Source: a virus (Duplodnaviria; Heunggongvirae; Uroviricota; Caudoviricetes). From it: a stretch of 64,000 nt of DNA. The notes below the pieces were generated by a model. That model made no database searches, was not told where the DNA came from, and worked only from the letters and a program-made list of their open reading frames with translations. The position numbers and the translations under genes are program-made. Positions within the stretch are counted from its first letter, which is position 1, and each line of letters opens with the position of its first letter. Of this stretch, positions 53,547 to 63,569 are shown in pieces. The stretch lies in the IMG/VR virus record IMGVR_UViG_3300042991_000725, positions 59,632 to 123,631 of that record; one strand, written 5' to 3'.

Positions 53547-55985
53547 ATGTCAAATATGAAACATATCGACTATCCAGAGGTTTTAACAAATTTTTCTCCA
53601 AATGCACTAAAGATAATGGAGCAGCATTATTATCTCAAGGACCATAGCGGAAAATTAACAGAAAGGTGTCCGTCAGAGGTTTTTAAGAGAATTTGTGGTT
53701 TTTATCATAGAAACGGAATGGAGGTAGAGAAGTGCAAGTTTTTATATAAGCTGTTAATGAAACAAATTGTGGCATTAAATAGTCCAATTTATTACAATGT
53801 AAGAAACGATAAAAACTCAGCCCAGTGTTTGGCGTGTTTTATGGGGCAGTTTGAGGATTCTATAGACAGCATTAATTCAGAAATATCTAAGGCCGTCAAG
53901 ATATTTAAGCGCGGAGCTGGATTTGGCCATAACTATGGTGACTTGAGGCCGTCCAGCGCATCAATTGGAGATGGCGGCAAGAACATAGACAAATTCGGCG
54001 GAAGTTCTGGCCCACTGTCGTTCTTGAAGGTCGTGAACGTTTGGGCGAGAGAGATGAAGTCTGGAGGGCATCGTAGAGCAGCATACTTGGCCACATTGGA
54101 TTGTACACATCCAGACATAGAGAAATTTATAAAATGCAAGAGCATTGGAGACGAGAGAGAGTCTTATGTGTACGCGAACCTGTCGGTGTTTTTAACAAAT
54201 GACTTTATGTTGAAGGTTGTCAACAACGAGCAGGTTGATTTAGAGTGGGGCGGTGTTGTATACAAGACGGTGAACGCAGCAGATTTGTTTTATCAAATAT
54301 GCGAAGGTGCCAAGACTTCTGGAGATCCGGGCGTTTTGTTTGGTGACACAGCTCAAGAATACAATACGCTTGAAGAGTTTAATGGGAAGCCGACAAAGGT
54401 TAGAACAACCAATGCTTGTAGCGAACTTGTTGCATATGCTCCGCATTTTTGTTGTAACCTAGGCCATATTAATTTATATAAGCTGTATTTGTTTTGTCAA
54501 GAAGAGAATCTTAATTTGGTCACAGAGGTTGGTAAAATCTCCTCATTTCTTTCAGATTTCTTAGACAAAAACATAGATATTACAGAATATCCAGACGAAG
54601 TATTTGAGGTAACGGCGAAAAGAACTAGGCCGATAAGTATTGGCGTTATGGGCTTTGGTGAGATGTTGATGGCTGCAAAAATTAGATACGGTTCTATCAA
54701 ATCTATTGATTTGGCAGAAGAAATTTCAGAAGAGTTAACGCTTAGCGCTCTTGAAAGGGCCACAGAAACACAATCGTCCTATGAGGAATTGAGCAATAGT
54801 AAGAATAGGTTGCGGCTTGTGGGCGTATTACGGAAATATGAAGAACGGTCGTCTATTAAGAAAGACAGATGGACACACATTATAAGCCATATCCTATCGG
54901 GTGGACATTTTAGAAACTGTGCTGTATCCTCTGTTGCGCCAACTGGGAATAGTGGTCTTATTTCCGATTCTGGCACAACCGGTATTGAACCGGCATTTGC
55001 CTTGTATCACACAAGGAACGTGGCTGGCCAGTCCGAGCCGTTGAGGGTTGTTGACTTTGAATTAGAAAAGTTTATGAAAGAAAATAAATACGAAAACGTT
55101 TTTGATATACAGGGCATGCCAGATCACTTTATTTCCGCACATGACATAGATCCTATAGGTAGAATCAAGGTTCAGGCTGCTTTTCAAAAATTTATTATGT
55201 TTGGTATTTCGTCAACTATTAATTTGGCCAAAGACACTCCGGCAGATAAAATTAGAGATATTTATTTGACTGCTTGGAAGTCTGGCCTAAAAGGTATAAC
55301 CGTTTTTGTGGACGGGTGCTTGAAAAGTTTTGGTGGCAGTCAGGTTCTTGAGAGAGAAGAAAGCAAGATGTTAGACTCTGATATAGAAATATGCTTAGAC
55401 GGAAAGGAAATAAAAGAACAGAATAGGATATTGAAGATCACATTAACAAAAACAAGGCAGAAGGTGCAGGGATTGGAAGATAAATTAAAGATTGTCGATG
55501 GAGGATTTAAGCGTCCAATCAATGTAAAATCAGAAACTTTTTGCTTTAAGCTTCAACATAACAGGGGCGTTCATGAATTTTTGGTTACTGTTGGCGAAAT
55601 AAATGGGAAGCCGATAGAGGTTATTATTACGCTCGGCAAAAGCGGGACCGATGAGCATGCGTGGGCAGAGGCTGTTGGTCGTCTTATTTCAATGGCTCTA
55701 CAAACAGAAATACCTCTAGATCGTATTTGTAAAAAGATCAGAGACATTAAAGGCGATCTTTCTAATTTTGTAAAGTTCGAAGATAAACAGGAGCGGTCTG
55801 TGATGATTTATAGCATACCGGACTTAACGGCGAGGTTATTAGAATATAAGTATTTATTAAAAGACAAAATTGAAATAGAGGGCGCTCAAGAATGTTCTGA
55901 GTGTAACAACTTAACGCTTGTTTTTGAGGCTGGGTGTCAGATATGTAAAAATCCAGAGTGTGATTACAAGAAGGCTTGTGGATGA
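53547..55985 (+). CDS. ribonucleotide reductase catalytic subunit, class I/II type (probably class II, B12-dependent)
   Basis: 812 aa; NSPIYYN, AQCLACF, RRAAYLATLDCTHPDIEKFI, TNACSELV and CCNLGHINL match the RNR active-site/thiyl motifs. No ATP cone, no NrdB in the window, and a C-terminal CxxC...CxxC zinc ribbon favour class II. Confidence 0.7.
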   Translation: MSNMKHIDYPEVLTNFSPNALKIMEQHYYLKDHSGKLTERCPSEVFKRICGFYHRNGMEVEKCKFLYKLLMKQIVALNSPIYYNVRNDKNSAQCLACFMGQFEDSIDSINSEISKAVKIFKRGAGFGHNYGDLRPSSASIGDGGKNIDKFGGSSGPLSFLKVVNVWAREMKSGGHRRAAYLATLDCTHPDIEKFIKCKSIGDERESYVYANLSVFLTNDFMLKVVNNEQVDLEWGGVVYKTVNAADLFYQICEGAKTSGDPGVLFGDTAQEYNTLEEFNGKPTKVRTTNACSELVAYAPHFCCNLGHINLYKLYLFCQEENLNLVTEVGKISSFLSDFLDKNIDITEYPDEVFEVTAKRTRPISIGVMGFGEMLMAAKIRYGSIKSIDLAEEISEELTLSALERATETQSSYEELSNSKNRLRLVGVLRKYEERSSIKKDRWTHIISHILSGGHFRNCAVSSVAPTGNSGLISDSGTTGIEPAFALYHTRNVAGQSEPLRVVDFELEKFMKENKYENVFDIQGMPDHFISAHDIDPIGRIKVQAAFQKFIMFGISSTINLAKDTPADKIRDIYLTAWKSGLKGITVFVDGCLKSFGGSQVLEREESKMLDSDIEICLDGKEIKEQNRILKITLTKTRQKVQGLEDKLKIVDGGFKRPINVKSETFCFKLQHNRGVHEFLVTVGEINGKPIEVIITLGKSGTDEHAWAEAVGRLISMALQTEIPLDRICKKIRDIKGDLSNFVKFEDKQERSVMIYSIPDLTARLLEYKYLLKDKIEIEGAQECSECNNLTLVFEAGCQICKNPECDYKKACG

Positions 55986-56956
55986 GACCAGAATTAAGCA
56001 CTCATATTCCAGTAAATATTGCGCAAAAAAGGGCCATAATAATACCCACATGCAATAGGCACATATATTTAACAGAGTGTCTTAATAGTTTGTCTAAATG
56101 CAGGGGGGCGATACTGTTTGATGTTTTTGTTTTTGTTGATGCTCCTGCGAAGCTTGATTTGTGTAAAAAGACAATAGATGTTTTAGATAAATTCGACAAG
56201 AATGCTTTTGCGTCCTTTAATATTATAAAAAGAGAGTGTAATTATGGCATAACAAAGAATATTTTATTTGCTATGAAGTACATTTTTGACAACAACTATG
56301 ATTATTTGGTGACAATAGAAGACGATCTTATTCTGTCGAAAGACGCTCTAGAGTTTATGATAACGCTTAACCAGAGAGAAACGTGGCTTGACGACAAGAA
56401 GGTTTTTAGTCTATGTGGGTGCGGAATATCGGACCATGTTAATGACAAATATTTAGACATGACATTTATGTTAAATTGGAACAAATCAATTTTTGTTAGC
56501 TATAGAAAGAGTGTGTGGAATCTTATAGAGCCGTATTTGTGCAGAGAGTATCTTGGAGACATTAATACTCGGACACACGAAGAGAAGATGAAAGAGTATA
56601 TCTATAAGAACTTTAGCGGAAAAATAGCATCAACCAAATACGCACAATATCATGCCGACAGATTTTGGGTAGGAGGTAAGGCCAGATACCCGCTACAGGC
56701 AGGGCTTCTTAACTGCATCAGAGCCGCTAATGAAATGTATCAGGTGTGTGCCTATCACAGCAGAGCCAAGCACATTGGCGTTGTTGGCTGGAACCAAACA
56801 TTTAAGACTCTTGACAGGGCACCGAAGGCCGTTCTTGATAATATGCTAAAAAATCCAGATTCATTTGTTCATATTGTCGGGAATGGTACATGGAAAGATG
56901 ACTTTAAGTGGAACTATATTATTAATGGCAACAATGTAGAAGGGGTGGTTAGATGA
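55982..56956 (+). CDS. glycosyltransferase (GT-A/GT2-like)
   Basis: ATG overlaps the RNR stop; AIIIPTCNR resembles the GT2 N-terminal motif. Confidence 0.45.
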   Translation: MRPELSTHIPVNIAQKRAIIIPTCNRHIYLTECLNSLSKCRGAILFDVFVFVDAPAKLDLCKKTIDVLDKFDKNAFASFNIIKRECNYGITKNILFAMKYIFDNNYDYLVTIEDDLILSKDALEFMITLNQRETWLDDKKVFSLCGCGISDHVNDKYLDMTFMLNWNKSIFVSYRKSVWNLIEPYLCREYLGDINTRTHEEKMKEYIYKNFSGKIASTKYAQYHADRFWVGGKARYPLQAGLLNCIRAANEMYQVCAYHSRAKHIGVVGWNQTFKTLDRAPKAVLDNMLKNPDSFVHIVGNGTWKDDFKWNYIINGNNVEGVVR

Positions 56957-58071
56957 ACAAATACGCCTTTGTTGTTGGCGCTAGACCAAACTTTATGAAA
57001 ATCGCCCCCATATTAAGGTGTATTGACGAAACAAAGGCAGACATTCAGTATATCCTTGTTCATACGGGTCAGCACAAAAGTGTGGTGATGTCTGATGTTT
57101 TTTTTAATGATCTTGGAATAAAACATCCAGACTATATTTTTGATACAGATAGCGACAGGTTTGTTAGGGCTGGTCCAATTATGTCTGCGTTTAGTGATGT
57201 TATTGATAAAGAAAGGATAACACACACGTTTGTTGTCGGTGATGTTGACTCTACGTTTCTGTGTGCTTTCGTAGCCAAAAACAAAGGCTGTTTTGTTATG
57301 CATGCAGAGGCTGGACTTAGAAGTTTCGATACGGGAATGCCAGAAGAGCTTAATAGGGTTCTGACAGACTCTATTTCTGACAAATTTTTTGTTACAGAGA
57401 GTTCTGGTGTAAATAATTTAGTTAAAGAGGGACGGAGGTTGGCAGAGATTCATCTCGTTGGGAACCTAATGATCGATAGCCTTATTTATCAGTTAAACAA
57501 GCTCAATGGGGCAGATCTGTCTGCCAGTACAAAAATAAAAAGTATTATCGGTGATAAATATGTTGTTTTAACAATGCATAGACCGAGCAATGTTGATTCA
57601 AAGCCACAACTTGAAAGAATTATAAGCAAGCTTTTGTGTGTTGCTATAGATATTCCAATTGTGTTTTGTTGCCATCCAAGAACCGCCAACAAGATAGACG
57701 AGTTCGGTTTTAGTAATCTATTTGCCCGTATCCCCCAGCCAAACAGCGACAAGATACTTATTACAGACCCGCTGGGATACAACGACTTCATAAATATCTT
57801 AAAGGACGCAACTGCTGTAATAACTGATAGCGGTGGGATACAAGAAGAGCTTGTATATCTTAATGTTCCATGCATTACAATTAGGAATAGCACCGAGCGG
57901 CCATCTACGATTCAATCTGGAGGCAATATACTTATTGGTAAAAACTACGACCTAATAAGACAATATGTTTCGTTGGCTATACATAAAAAGTGGCCAGAGA
58001 TAAAGACTCCCGAATTATGGGATGGTAATTCGTCATCTAGAATACTTAATATATTGACGGGGCTCGCATGA
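56953..58071 (+). CDS. wecB: UDP-N-acetylglucosamine 2-epimerase (non-hydrolysing)
   Basis: LVHTGQHKSVVMSDVFFNDLGI, HAEAGLRSFD and DSGGIQEE match the 2-epimerase family. Confidence 0.8.
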   Translation: MNKYAFVVGARPNFMKIAPILRCIDETKADIQYILVHTGQHKSVVMSDVFFNDLGIKHPDYIFDTDSDRFVRAGPIMSAFSDVIDKERITHTFVVGDVDSTFLCAFVAKNKGCFVMHAEAGLRSFDTGMPEELNRVLTDSISDKFFVTESSGVNNLVKEGRRLAEIHLVGNLMIDSLIYQLNKLNGADLSASTKIKSIIGDKYVVLTMHRPSNVDSKPQLERIISKLLCVAIDIPIVFCCHPRTANKIDEFGFSNLFARIPQPNSDKILITDPLGYNDFINILKDATAVITDSGGIQEELVYLNVPCITIRNSTERPSTIQSGGNILIGKNYDLIRQYVSLAIHKKWPEIKTPELWDGNSSSRILNILTGLA

Positions 58072-58901
58072 GAAATATTACAATATGTACTACATTTAAA
58101 AACAGGGCGAATTATTTGCGTAATCATTTTAATTTTGTTCTTATGCAGGACTATGACCACAAAAAAATATCATATATTATTGCAGATGGCGGAAGTTCCG
58201 ATCACGTTCTAGATATTGTAAAAGAGTACTACGGTAGATTCAAGCAAGTGTGTTTTTTTGTTAGCGATAGAAATAAGTTGCCTTTGAAGTTGAAATATGG
58301 CAATCCGGCGATAGATTATAATGTTAGCGTTTCTCAATCAGAAGACGATCTTGTATTGAGATGCGACCCTGAAGTCGTATTCAGGAATAAGGATATGTTG
58401 AGGTTTGTTTCTAGTGTTTATGATAATAATTGTGACTATTTGCTTCATTTTAACACAATAAAAGTAAATAAAGAATTCAATCCAAGTAGCGATGTACACA
58501 TGGAGTTTGTAGACAGGTTCGCCTTAAAGGGCAAGCCATATCAAACAGATGCTAGTTTTTGTGTGTCTTATAGTAAGCGGTTTTTTATGGAAAAAATGAG
58601 GGGTTATGATGAGCGTTTTGCTTACAATTATTACTGTGGAGAGGACACATACGCTAGTCACTGGGTCAGGATAAATTACAAGTTTATAACTGCGCCATTC
58701 GAATATTCTCCGATTCATTTATGGCACGAGGAACAGATGTGCCGTGAGGATCGCGAAAGAGTCGTTACAACAGAAACTGTTCCATTTATAAGGATGTTGC
58801 AGTCGAAGAACGAAAATGCGAACTGCGGTATTGACAATTGGTGGCATCCAGAAATTATTACAAACAAGATAATTTTTAATGCTGGGGGTGGTAATGAATG
58901 A
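58068..58901 (+). CDS. glycosyltransferase (GT-A-like)
   Basis: ITICTTFKNRANYL N-terminal motif; translationally coupled to wecB. Confidence 0.4.
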   Translation: MRNITICTTFKNRANYLRNHFNFVLMQDYDHKKISYIIADGGSSDHVLDIVKEYYGRFKQVCFFVSDRNKLPLKLKYGNPAIDYNVSVSQSEDDLVLRCDPEVVFRNKDMLRFVSSVYDNNCDYLLHFNTIKVNKEFNPSSDVHMEFVDRFALKGKPYQTDASFCVSYSKRFFMEKMRGYDERFAYNYYCGEDTYASHWVRINYKFITAPFEYSPIHLWHEEQMCREDRERVVTTETVPFIRMLQSKNENANCGIDNWWHPEIITNKIIFNAGGGNE

Positions 58902-59709
58902 ACTGTGTGTGCATATACTTGCGCGTTATGAACCGTTTATTGTCTATGCTGTCGAGAGTGTTGTTAAATATGCCAATAAGATATTGTTATATGATACTGG
59001 GTCTAGGGATGCAGAATTTCCTGACTATACTATTAGCGATTGCGAAATGTTGGCTAACAAGTATCCAGACAAAGTTGTTTTTAAGGAATTTAAGACAGAG
59101 GATGAGACTCCATGGAATTTGGATACTCTAGGAGATTTTAAGGCTCGTATGGCAGGGAAGTCAGGCAAGGGGGCCGTTAGAAAAAAACATATAGAAGACA
59201 CAGACCCAAATGAATTTTCTCATTTTCTAGTTGTCGATGCAGACGAAATTTATTATGAAGAAACAATAGCTAAGATAAAAAACACAATAATCAACGAGAA
59301 TTGGGGAAAAATTTTGAATTATCGTGTTCCGCTTATATGGTATTATGACAAGGATACCTATTTTGACATTGGCCATACTGGACGAATTTTTATCACAAAA
59401 AAGACAGATATGCATATTGGTTCTCCGGGCGAAATGCATTGTGAAAAAGGAACCGGCAGTGTATTCAACTATTCAGATGGAACGTTGAAGGTAAGAGAAG
59501 ACTTGAAGTATGTTACGCACTGGGAGACTTATTTGAAAAGATGGAGAAGGCCGGTTGACAAATCTCTAATGCGTAGTCGTAAAGAAGAATTGCCAGAGGT
59601 TATGATTGATGATATGTCTTATTTTGAGAGATTTGAAAAAGAGCTCAAGGGGCCGCGTGAGGAGTATTATAAAGAGAAGCAGAAAAAATTATTCGGGAGC
59701 TTTCGATGA
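58894..59709 (+). CDS. hypothetical protein, possible GT-A glycosyltransferase
   Basis: Start MNELC overlapping the upstream stop; LVVDADE (DxD-like). Confidence 0.35.
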   Translation: MNELCVHILARYEPFIVYAVESVVKYANKILLYDTGSRDAEFPDYTISDCEMLANKYPDKVVFKEFKTEDETPWNLDTLGDFKARMAGKSGKGAVRKKHIEDTDPNEFSHFLVVDADEIYYEETIAKIKNTIINENWGKILNYRVPLIWYYDKDTYFDIGHTGRIFITKKTDMHIGSPGEMHCEKGTGSVFNYSDGTLKVREDLKYVTHWETYLKRWRRPVDKSLMRSRKEELPEVMIDDMSYFERFEKELKGPREEYYKEKQKKLFGSFR

Positions 59710-60536
59710 AAATCAAAAGAGTCGGCATGATTACCGGCTATACCATTAGTCAAGTGCGGATGGTAGAGGCCGTTAAGAAGCTGTGCAAAATTATTGGAGC
59801 GGAATTTGTTACTAGGTGTTTGTTTAATGAATTAAGTCCAGAACTTGACACTTGTGACTTGGTTATTGATGGGAACCGTGCTTATAAGAGGGCATTTAAG
59901 GATCAGAAAATCGTTTTTTTCTTTACCGGATGTGGCGATTTAACATCTAACGCTAGAAATGAAAGGCAGTTTTGTGAAAATATAGATTTTATTATTCTAC
60001 CTAAAAACAGAAGCTTAAAAAATCCAAAGGTATACTATAAATATAAAGAGATTGGGAATATAACGCAGTTATATTTTGAGGATTTTTATGTAGATGTTAC
60101 AAGTTATCCTAAAAAAGATATTGTTTTAGTGCCAGACGAAAACTGTTTTCAGATGGATAATATACTGGGCGTCGCTAGAAAGTTTGCCGAAGAGGAAGGT
60201 TTGGATGTCAGTTATAAGAGCAGGCAGAATGACGAGCCAATTGACAAGGTTATGTTGTTTTTGCGTGAGGCTAAATATATATTCACCGGATTTTCTACAA
60301 TGGCATTTGAGGGTTTATACTTTAATATTCCGTGCTGCATGTTAGACGGACTTACTGCCAAAAACATTACAAACAATAACGACCTATTTTATAAAGAAAT
60401 GAAAGAAATGTATCCTGAGATTGTAATTAAAAGCCATAAAGACGTAAAAAATATAAAGCCAGAAGTTTATAAGCAAATACGTTCCGAATTTTACAATCCC
60501 AACTTTGTCGATGACTTTGTAAATCTTTTTGAATAA
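59706..60536 (+). CDS. hypothetical protein
   Basis: 276 aa, coupled within the sugar operon. Confidence 0.4.
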   Translation: MKIKRVGMITGYTISQVRMVEAVKKLCKIIGAEFVTRCLFNELSPELDTCDLVIDGNRAYKRAFKDQKIVFFFTGCGDLTSNARNERQFCENIDFIILPKNRSLKNPKVYYKYKEIGNITQLYFEDFYVDVTSYPKKDIVLVPDENCFQMDNILGVARKFAEEEGLDVSYKSRQNDEPIDKVMLFLREAKYIFTGFSTMAFEGLYFNIPCCMLDGLTAKNITNNNDLFYKEMKEMYPEIVIKSHKDVKNIKPEVYKQIRSEFYNPNFVDDFVNLFE

Positions 60537-60546
60537 GGAGTTCGGC

Positions 60547-61311
60547 ATGTCGGGAAAAATGGGCATTATTGTTGTTTCTAGACTTTCATCAACCAGATTG
60601 CCAAGGAAGGCCATTCTTAATATAGGTAAAAAAAGAGCTATAGAGTATGTTTTTGAAAGAGCTGTCAATACTATCGGCGTCTCTGGTGTTTGTTTGGCTA
60701 CGTCTTATTTTAATGAAAATAGCATTTTGTGCGACATTGCTAAGGAATATGGGATTACATCTTATAAGGGTAGCGATTCAGATAAGGCTTTGCGTATATG
60801 TGAAGCAGCAGAACTTTGTGGGTTTGATTTCTTTGTCACATATGACGGAGATGATCTTTTCGTTTCAGAAGAGCTGGCAGAAATTGCCTTCGATAGATAC
60901 AAGAAGGAGCATTTCGATTTTATAGAATCTGATTATGATTTGGCTGTTGGTGCGTTTAGTTATGGATTCAAGACCAGCGCCTTAAGGACAATTTGTAATC
61001 TAAAGGACTCAGAAGATACAGAAATGGTTTTTAATTTTTTTGAAGCCAAGCGAGACATTTTTAATCTGGCGAAACTTACCGATGTCGATAGAGTTTATTA
61101 TAATGGCAAGGTTAGAGCTACACTGGACTATTATGAAGATCTTTTATTTTTCAAAAATATAGTTGAAAATATAGGTGTGGAAAGGTTTACCATGCGAGAT
61201 GTTTTGAATTATATAAGTTGCCATCCTGAAGTCATCAATATAAATTTCCAACGCAATTTAGATTGGATTAGGAATAGAGAAAATCACAAAAAAGTAGAAT
61301 TTAAGGTGTAA
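60547..61311 (+). CDS. CMP-sugar cytidylyltransferase (NeuA/KdsB/PseF family)
   Basis: AAGGAG SD; GIIVVSRLSSTRLPRKAILNIGKKRAIEYVFERA matches the CTP_transf_3 N-terminal motif. Confidence 0.65.
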   Translation: MSGKMGIIVVSRLSSTRLPRKAILNIGKKRAIEYVFERAVNTIGVSGVCLATSYFNENSILCDIAKEYGITSYKGSDSDKALRICEAAELCGFDFFVTYDGDDLFVSEELAEIAFDRYKKEHFDFIESDYDLAVGAFSYGFKTSALRTICNLKDSEDTEMVFNFFEAKRDIFNLAKLTDVDRVYYNGKVRATLDYYEDLLFFKNIVENIGVERFTMRDVLNYISCHPEVININFQRNLDWIRNRENHKKVEFKV

Positions 61312-61312
61312 G

Positions 61313-62188
61313 ATGAATATACTCATCACTGGATGTAGTGGTTTTGTTGGGTCTTATTTGACAAAGGCTTTGCACAAACTTGGTCATACAATCATAGGTA
61401 TTGACATAAACGACCTTGGCCCAACATGTGACAGTAAAAGTGTGGATATTTTTTTTAAGCACGACCTAACAAAGCCATTTTATAACTATATTGGCAACAT
61501 AGACTTATGCATACATTTGGCAAGTTCTGTTGGTGGCATTTTATTTAATGTTGACAAGCCTAACATTGTGGTGTATAATAAGATAGTGAATGAGAATGTT
61601 TTGAATCTGTGTGTGAGGGCAAGATGTGACAGGTTATTGTTTTTTTCAAGCATAAATGTGTTCGAAGACCGTTGTCAATTTTCTCACGAACCTCTTTATA
61701 AGCTTACGCCATATGCGGAGTCGAAGGTTGAAGGTGAGCGATTGTTCGAAAGTGCCTGTGAGAATTTAATGGTTATTAGACCAACCAATATTTTTGGGAA
61801 GAATCAGAATAGGCACGGCGGGTTTGGAGAATCTCATGTGATCCCAGACCTTTTGAAAAAAATAGACGAAAGCGACATATTGGAAGTCTGGGGAGACGGG
61901 AAACAGATGCGAAACTTTGTTCATGTTGTTGATTTATGTAATTTTATTCTGGAGGGTCTTAATTTTAATGGCAAGCTGTATTTCAACATCAGGTCGGATT
62001 TGACAATTTCAATAACCTCGTTGGCTAATTCGCTTATGGAGTTCAAGGGGAAGGCGCTGCCAATCGTTTATAAAAAAGAATATTTACAGCATGAGCGGAT
62101 GAAACTTGTTGATTTTGATATGTCGTTGCCTATTGCTTTTGGATGGAAACAGTCTATTCGTAGTATTGGCGAAGGGCTTTTGATATGA
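61313..62188 (+). CDS. NAD-dependent epimerase/dehydratase (extended SDR)
   Basis: ILITGCSGFVGSYL Rossmann motif; YAESK catalytic YxxxK. Confidence 0.7.
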   Translation: MNILITGCSGFVGSYLTKALHKLGHTIIGIDINDLGPTCDSKSVDIFFKHDLTKPFYNYIGNIDLCIHLASSVGGILFNVDKPNIVVYNKIVNENVLNLCVRARCDRLLFFSSINVFEDRCQFSHEPLYKLTPYAESKVEGERLFESACENLMVIRPTNIFGKNQNRHGGFGESHVIPDLLKKIDESDILEVWGDGKQMRNFVHVVDLCNFILEGLNFNGKLYFNIRSDLTISITSLANSLMEFKGKALPIVYKKEYLQHERMKLVDFDMSLPIAFGWKQSIRSIGEGLLI

Positions 62189-62370
62189 ATCACGACGACA
62201 CCATTGTTGTATTTGGTTCTTCTGGTATGGCCGGATCTGCTATTTCGGAACAGCTTCGTGGAAATGGACATCTTTTCGTTGTTAAGCCCAATAGGACTCA
62301 TGCTGATTTGATGAATTATGATTCAACTATTGATTTTTTGAGAATGTCTGAGCCTAGGAAGGGAAAATAA
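62185..62370 (+). pseudogene. truncated GDP-L-fucose synthase (Fcl/GMER)-like N-terminal fragment
   Basis: 61 aa TIVVFGSSGMAGSAISEQLRGNGHLFVVKPNRTHADLMNYDSTIDFL aligns with the Fcl N-terminus, then stops. Confidence 0.45.
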
Positions 62371-62372
62371 TT

Positions 62373-63569
62373 ATGGACAGGTTCTTCGGTAACGAATCTA
62401 ACTATTTAACGAAGGCCCTTTATTTGGGCGAGCAGTATGTACGGAAGTTTGAAGAAGAGTTAATTAAATACACTGGTTGTAAATATGCCGTGTTATTTAA
62501 TAGCGGAACGGCTACATTGCACACCGCACTATTGGCCGCTGGTGTAGAAAAGAATGATGCCGTTATTACACCAGCCCTTGCCCCATTTATGTGTACAAGT
62601 TCTATTTTTCATGCTGGAGCAGTCCCTTATTATTGTGATATAGACGAAAAGACGTTTACGATGTCATATGATCATTTTATTAAGCTCGTTGAGAGCGATA
62701 AAAAGAAATACGATAGCAAACATCATATTTCTGCGGCAATTTTAGTTTCGCTTTATGGCAATCCTGTTGATTTACGAATTATTAATTATGCGAAAGAAAA
62801 TGATATTGCTGTCATTCTTGATGATGCGCAGGGCTTTGGTGGGAGAATCTGTGGGAAGCATAGCTGCATATATGGAGACATTACGTCATATAGTTTTGAG
62901 AATTCGAAATTGGTAAATGTGTCGGAAGGTGGGGCTATAGTCACAGATAATGAAGAGCTTGCTACTAAGTGTAGACTTATAGGCAATCATGGATTTAAAA
63001 ACTCAACGGCGATTATGGGTAAAACGAAATTAAACAAGAGCGTTTTCCAAGACCCAGACTACATCAGACATTCTCATATTGGTTATAATTTCAGAATGAG
63101 CAACTATCTTGCTGCTATTGGCTTGGCCCAGATGGAAAACGTAGAGAAGCTTCTTGAATATAGGCGTTTGTCGGCTGAAAAACTTGACGATGTTGCTATA
63201 AGCAGCAATTGCCTGACGCCGCAAGTTATCAGTCTTACCAACACTCATGCCAATTATATTTATGCTTGTTTGTACAATCCAGAAGTCACTGGAATTCCAT
63301 GGAAGGAGTTTAGAGAGCTTTATATTCAAAATGGTGGAGAATCTCTTTATTCTGCCTGGATGAATCCATATTTTGAAGCAGCCATGGTTAATGAAGAATA
63401 TATTCGTTTTAATAGCGAGTATATTACCCCGGGCAGAGGCAGTTGTCCAACGGCTGAGCGTCTTCAAAAAAATATCATGCAATTCCAAACTAATGCAACC
63501 ACACAAGAAGAGGCTGACGTGAAAGCTAGAGCTCTTTACAAAACACTTTGTCAGGTGGGCGCAATATGA
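62373..63569 (+). CDS. DegT/DnrJ/EryC1/StrS-family PLP-dependent sugar aminotransferase
   Basis: 398 aa; LIKYTGCKYAVLFNSGTATLHTALLAAGVEKNDAVITPALAPF typical of DegT aminotransferases. Confidence 0.7.
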   Translation: MDRFFGNESNYLTKALYLGEQYVRKFEEELIKYTGCKYAVLFNSGTATLHTALLAAGVEKNDAVITPALAPFMCTSSIFHAGAVPYYCDIDEKTFTMSYDHFIKLVESDKKKYDSKHHISAAILVSLYGNPVDLRIINYAKENDIAVILDDAQGFGGRICGKHSCIYGDITSYSFENSKLVNVSEGGAIVTDNEELATKCRLIGNHGFKNSTAIMGKTKLNKSVFQDPDYIRHSHIGYNFRMSNYLAAIGLAQMENVEKLLEYRRLSAEKLDDVAISSNCLTPQVISLTNTHANYIYACLYNPEVTGIPWKEFRELYIQNGGESLYSAWMNPYFEAAMVNEEYIRFNSEYITPGRGSCPTAERLQKNIMQFQTNATTQEEADVKARALYKTLCQVGAI